The position numbers and the translations under genes were made by a program. A stretch of DNA of 63,975 nt, filler included, from Candidatus Woesearchaeota archaeon (GTDB lineage: Archaea; Nanobdellota; Nanobdellia; Woesearchaeales; BM511), in assembly GCA_023266675.1 (NCBI GenBank). It is 5 parts of 5 records of this genome, joined end to end, with 100 filler letters (N's around TTAATTAATTAA, not from the genome) between each part and the next. Parts side by side here need not be neighbours in the genome. Positions count along the whole stretch, not along the records: positions 57,640 to 63,975 come from JAHFPP010000068.1; 4 more parts are not named here. One strand, given 5' to 3'. The notes beneath the pieces were generated by a model, which did no database searches, was not told the origin of the DNA, and was given only the letters and a program-made list of their open reading frames with translations. This document shows, piece by piece, positions 60,601 to 63,975 of this stretch (position 1 is its first letter; each line of letters starts with the position of its first letter).

Positions 60601-63600
60601 TAAATCATCAGCATTGCATTCATTTGGTTTTAAAACATTTTGGCTTTCAAGATAGCTTGTTATATCATCATAACTCCTAATTTCTTTTTCATCTGGTTTT
60701 GGTGTTTTAGGTTCTCCAGTCCATGGTGCGGGTGATGATGCGCAGAAGATTCTGTCACAGCTCCATCTGTATGCTAAGTCAATATTTTTCTCAGCTTGCC
60801 ATAATTTGTATAATGTTGGATAACAGTTGTATAAATCCAGATTTGAAAGTCTATTGAGGTATGTTGCGTCTTTAACATTATTATTGGCGTTTAAGATAGC
60901 TGGATAACACTTGCTTTTTGTTAACATGCTTGCTAATGGTGCATTGTCGCCTACAACTTGTAATCGCTGATATATTGTTCTTACTATTCTTACTGACACA
61001 ACGGTTAAGTATGAACCTATGCAAACGTATCCTACTGCGTCGACTATTGGTTTTGCTTTTTGAAGTATCGTATCAATATTTTTTATGCTTGAGTTTAAGA
61101 ATGTCACTCCTCCATTTACTAGCCAGTCTGGAAGTTTTGTAAAATCGAGTTTGGTGTTGTCAATGGGGAATGCGAGGTCCGCGCACATCGTCTGTGTTTG
61201 TGTACCTGAATAAGGGGAATTTGTAGTTCCAGGAACAGTGCTTGGAGGATTTAAGGTGTTATACGTAACTACAACCTGTATTGGTATTTTTAGTTGATTA
61301 TTAAGTGATTTGTAGAATTTTTTCCAGTCATCAAAACTAAAATTTCCTGTTAAAACACTTATTGGCGACGTTAACCTTGCAACATAATAACATTTTGTTT
61401 TTGTCTGGTCGCATTGTTTGTTGCTGAAATCAATTCCGCTTGTCATCATCTTAGTGATATTGTAAGCTTCGCTGTTTAGCTGGTATGTGTCAAGCGGTGC
61501 CATCGTTATTGTTGGGTCTGCTGCGACCTGTACAGAGTTTGGCGAGTCCATTGAACCAACCCATTTTAGTTCAAAGAAAAACGCCATTCTCTCTGAGCCT
61601 TCTTGAAGCCTTTCAACTGAAAGAAATTGTGGCGACTGGTATTCTGGATGGAATAATATCGTCCATGAAAGATTTCCTGAGTAGCATGATCTTGTTCCAA
61701 AATAAGAAGGATATGGTCGAGATTTTAATCCTGCCGCATTTGTTGCCTGAAGATAGAAAAATCGTTTACCGTTATTTTCAGGTGCTTGTCCATTAAGCCA
61801 AGCGTTTATATCATAATTGCCGACATTATTCTTTGTGACTGTAAAGGTAGATTCATTTACCCATCTTGGAAGCCCACTCATTGATTGACCCGTAAAGGAT
61901 GCTAAAGACCCTAATGATGCAGATGCAAAATTTACATTTTTAAATTCAAAGTTTCCATTTGTGTCAGATGTTGTTGTTTTATCTGGTTTTTCATCATAAT
62001 ATTTTAAAACCCATAAATCAACGGTTGTGTTTGGAGTTGTTTTTCCGCGAACAGTTATAGAGTCAAGCGAGGTTATATAGAAAAAATCAGAGCCTCCGGG
62101 TGAAGGGCTTTCAATTGTTGGTCCTTGTGTTCCGACAAGAATGTTTTGCTTAACTTCAGCAACGTTTCCTGCTGAGTCTTTGGCAGCAACTTTTACAAAA
62201 TATGTTCCATCTTGTGAAAAACTTATGTCCTGAGTAAAATTTCCTTCAATGTTGTCAAGTGATTTGTATGGTTTCACTGTACAAAGATTAACTGCCGGAT
62301 TTGTTTGATTTAGGGTTATATTGGAATTAATGGTGATTTCTTTCTTTATGCTTTCTTCACAAGCAGAATTTAATGCTGAAACACTGTATTTGTAATTTTT
62401 ATTTTTTGAGATATTTTTATCAATGAATGAGTTTATGCTATTTGTTGAACCTATAATCACATCATCTCTGTATATGTAGTAAGATGATGGAGTAGCTAGC
62501 TGATTGGAATAACTCCATGATAATTGTACTCCTTGATTGCTTTGTGCTGCGTCAAGCGAATCTGGTGCGAATGATGGTGTTGCAAGATAAAAGTCAATAT
62601 CTGACTGTTCATTTACATTTCCTTTAACTTTTAATGATAAATTTCCATATACTGCAGGAAGTGTTACATTTAATATTGGCTTTGAAAGGTCAATCATTAA
62701 TTTGTATGTTTTTGAGTAAGTGTTTTTTGAAACGTCTGTTGATTTTATGAATATAGTATTTGTCTGTATTCCTGTATCAATCGCGATGTTTGAAAAAGTG
62801 AAAGTTCCGTTTTCGTTAGCAGTTTTTTCATCTTTAAAGCCTCCGTTTACATATATTTGTACAAATGCGAATCCTTCTGTTTTGCCTGTTAGATAAAGCA
62901 AGTCTTTATTATACCATAAAATGCGGTTTGTTGAATTGTCAAAAGGTGATACAGTTATTGTTGGAGGGGTTATATCCTTACCACCCTTAAACCCCTGTTC
63001 TGTTGAATTCTTGCAGTATCCATCCTCATTGCACGAATTTACTTTATAGTAGATTGTTTTGCCTTTTTCTACAGTAATCTGAACTGCATGATCTTTTGAA
63101 TATCCCGGAGTGTTGTCAATTTTGTTTCCTGTTGAAGTTCTTGAATATACTGTTGATGTTGAATTATCATCTGTTTGCCAGCCTATTCTTGCACTTGTGT
63201 CTTGAGAATCCATTATTGTTATGTTTAATATCTGTGGACTACTTGTATCGGTTGAAACTGTTAATATTGATTTTGATACTTTTGGCCCTTCATTGCCTGA
63301 AACATCCCATACTGACAGTTGGAAGTTATATGACTTACCTGCACTCAAATTTATATCTGTATAACTGGTCTGGGTGCCGTCATAAATTTTTGCACCATCC
63401 CTGTAAAGTGTGTATTTCTGAAAATCCGCTGCAGATGATGTGTCCCATGAGAATGATGCTGTTGTTTTTGTAATTGATTGTGCATTAAAATTTGTTACTG
63501 CCGGAGGAGGCGTTGCATCTGTTGTTGTAAATTCTCCTATTTTCTCATCAGGAAATGCTCCTCCATCTGTTGAGCTTAGTCTGTAATAATATTTTGTTTG

Positions 63601-63852
63601 TGGCGATAATCCTGTTGCTTTTATTGCATGATTTTTTACAAGATTATTTGAGGAGAAAGGAGGGCCATATGCGGTTGTTAATCCTATTTCAACGCTTGTT
63701 GTTGAAGAGTTGTCTGTTTGCCACGTAAAATCTGCAGAATTACTTTGAGAGCTTACCATCTGCCCACTTATTGTAAGAGCGTATGATACTGGCAGCGCTA
63801 TGATTAGATAGATTATAATTATTACGATAAAATTAAGCATCCCCTTTCCCAT
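57640..63852 (-). CDS. Giant secreted protein (>2070 aa) with Fn3/Ig-like repeats and a Cys-rich C-terminal region, 3' end at gap
   Basis: Signal peptide; WQTD...H...GLSPQTKYYY Fn3 repeats; DTTPP-type linkers; later helical and Cys-rich segments. Confidence 0.88.
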
Positions 63853-63975
63853 CTACTTTTTTCCTCTCTCTTTGTCTTAATAAGTGTTTCTGTTTTTGAT
63901 AATCATGTTAATTTTTGATAAATTCTGGTTTTGATATTTGTGTTGAAAATGAACGAAGGCTCATTAGGAATATTC

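Overview
AT-rich archaeal genome-bin sequence made of five contig pieces joined by artificial N/TTAATTAATTAA linkers (30853-30952, 39771-39870, 48677-48776, 57540-57639). Information-processing genes (RFC-S, PAN, FEN1, PolD DP2, aIF2-beta, histone, fibrillarin/Nop5, eL14/eL34, SecY, archaeal TyrRS/PheRS) mark it as archaeal. The compact organisation and many uncharacterised secreted or lipoprotein families suggest a DPANN lineage, probably Woesearchaeota (inference). Most notable signals: (1) a PheRS beta subunit with a complete AlaX-type zinc editing domain inserted in-frame; (2) an intergenic region at about 21.0-21.6 kb with helically phased GTCGTTTAAACG repeats beside a wHTH gene (candidate origin plus initiator), followed by two box C/D guide RNAs whose +5 positions fall on peptidyl-transferase-centre nucleotides; (3) a dispersed ~135-bp inverted-repeat element family with compensatory base changes, each copy just upstream of a promoter; (4) a phage-tail-like four-gene cassette whose first gene has a Tat-like signal; (5) a split OGFOD1/Tpa1-like oxygenase pair; (6) a structured leader before eL14; (7) a decaying solo Cas4-like gene. 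All calls are from reading the sequence; no searches were run.
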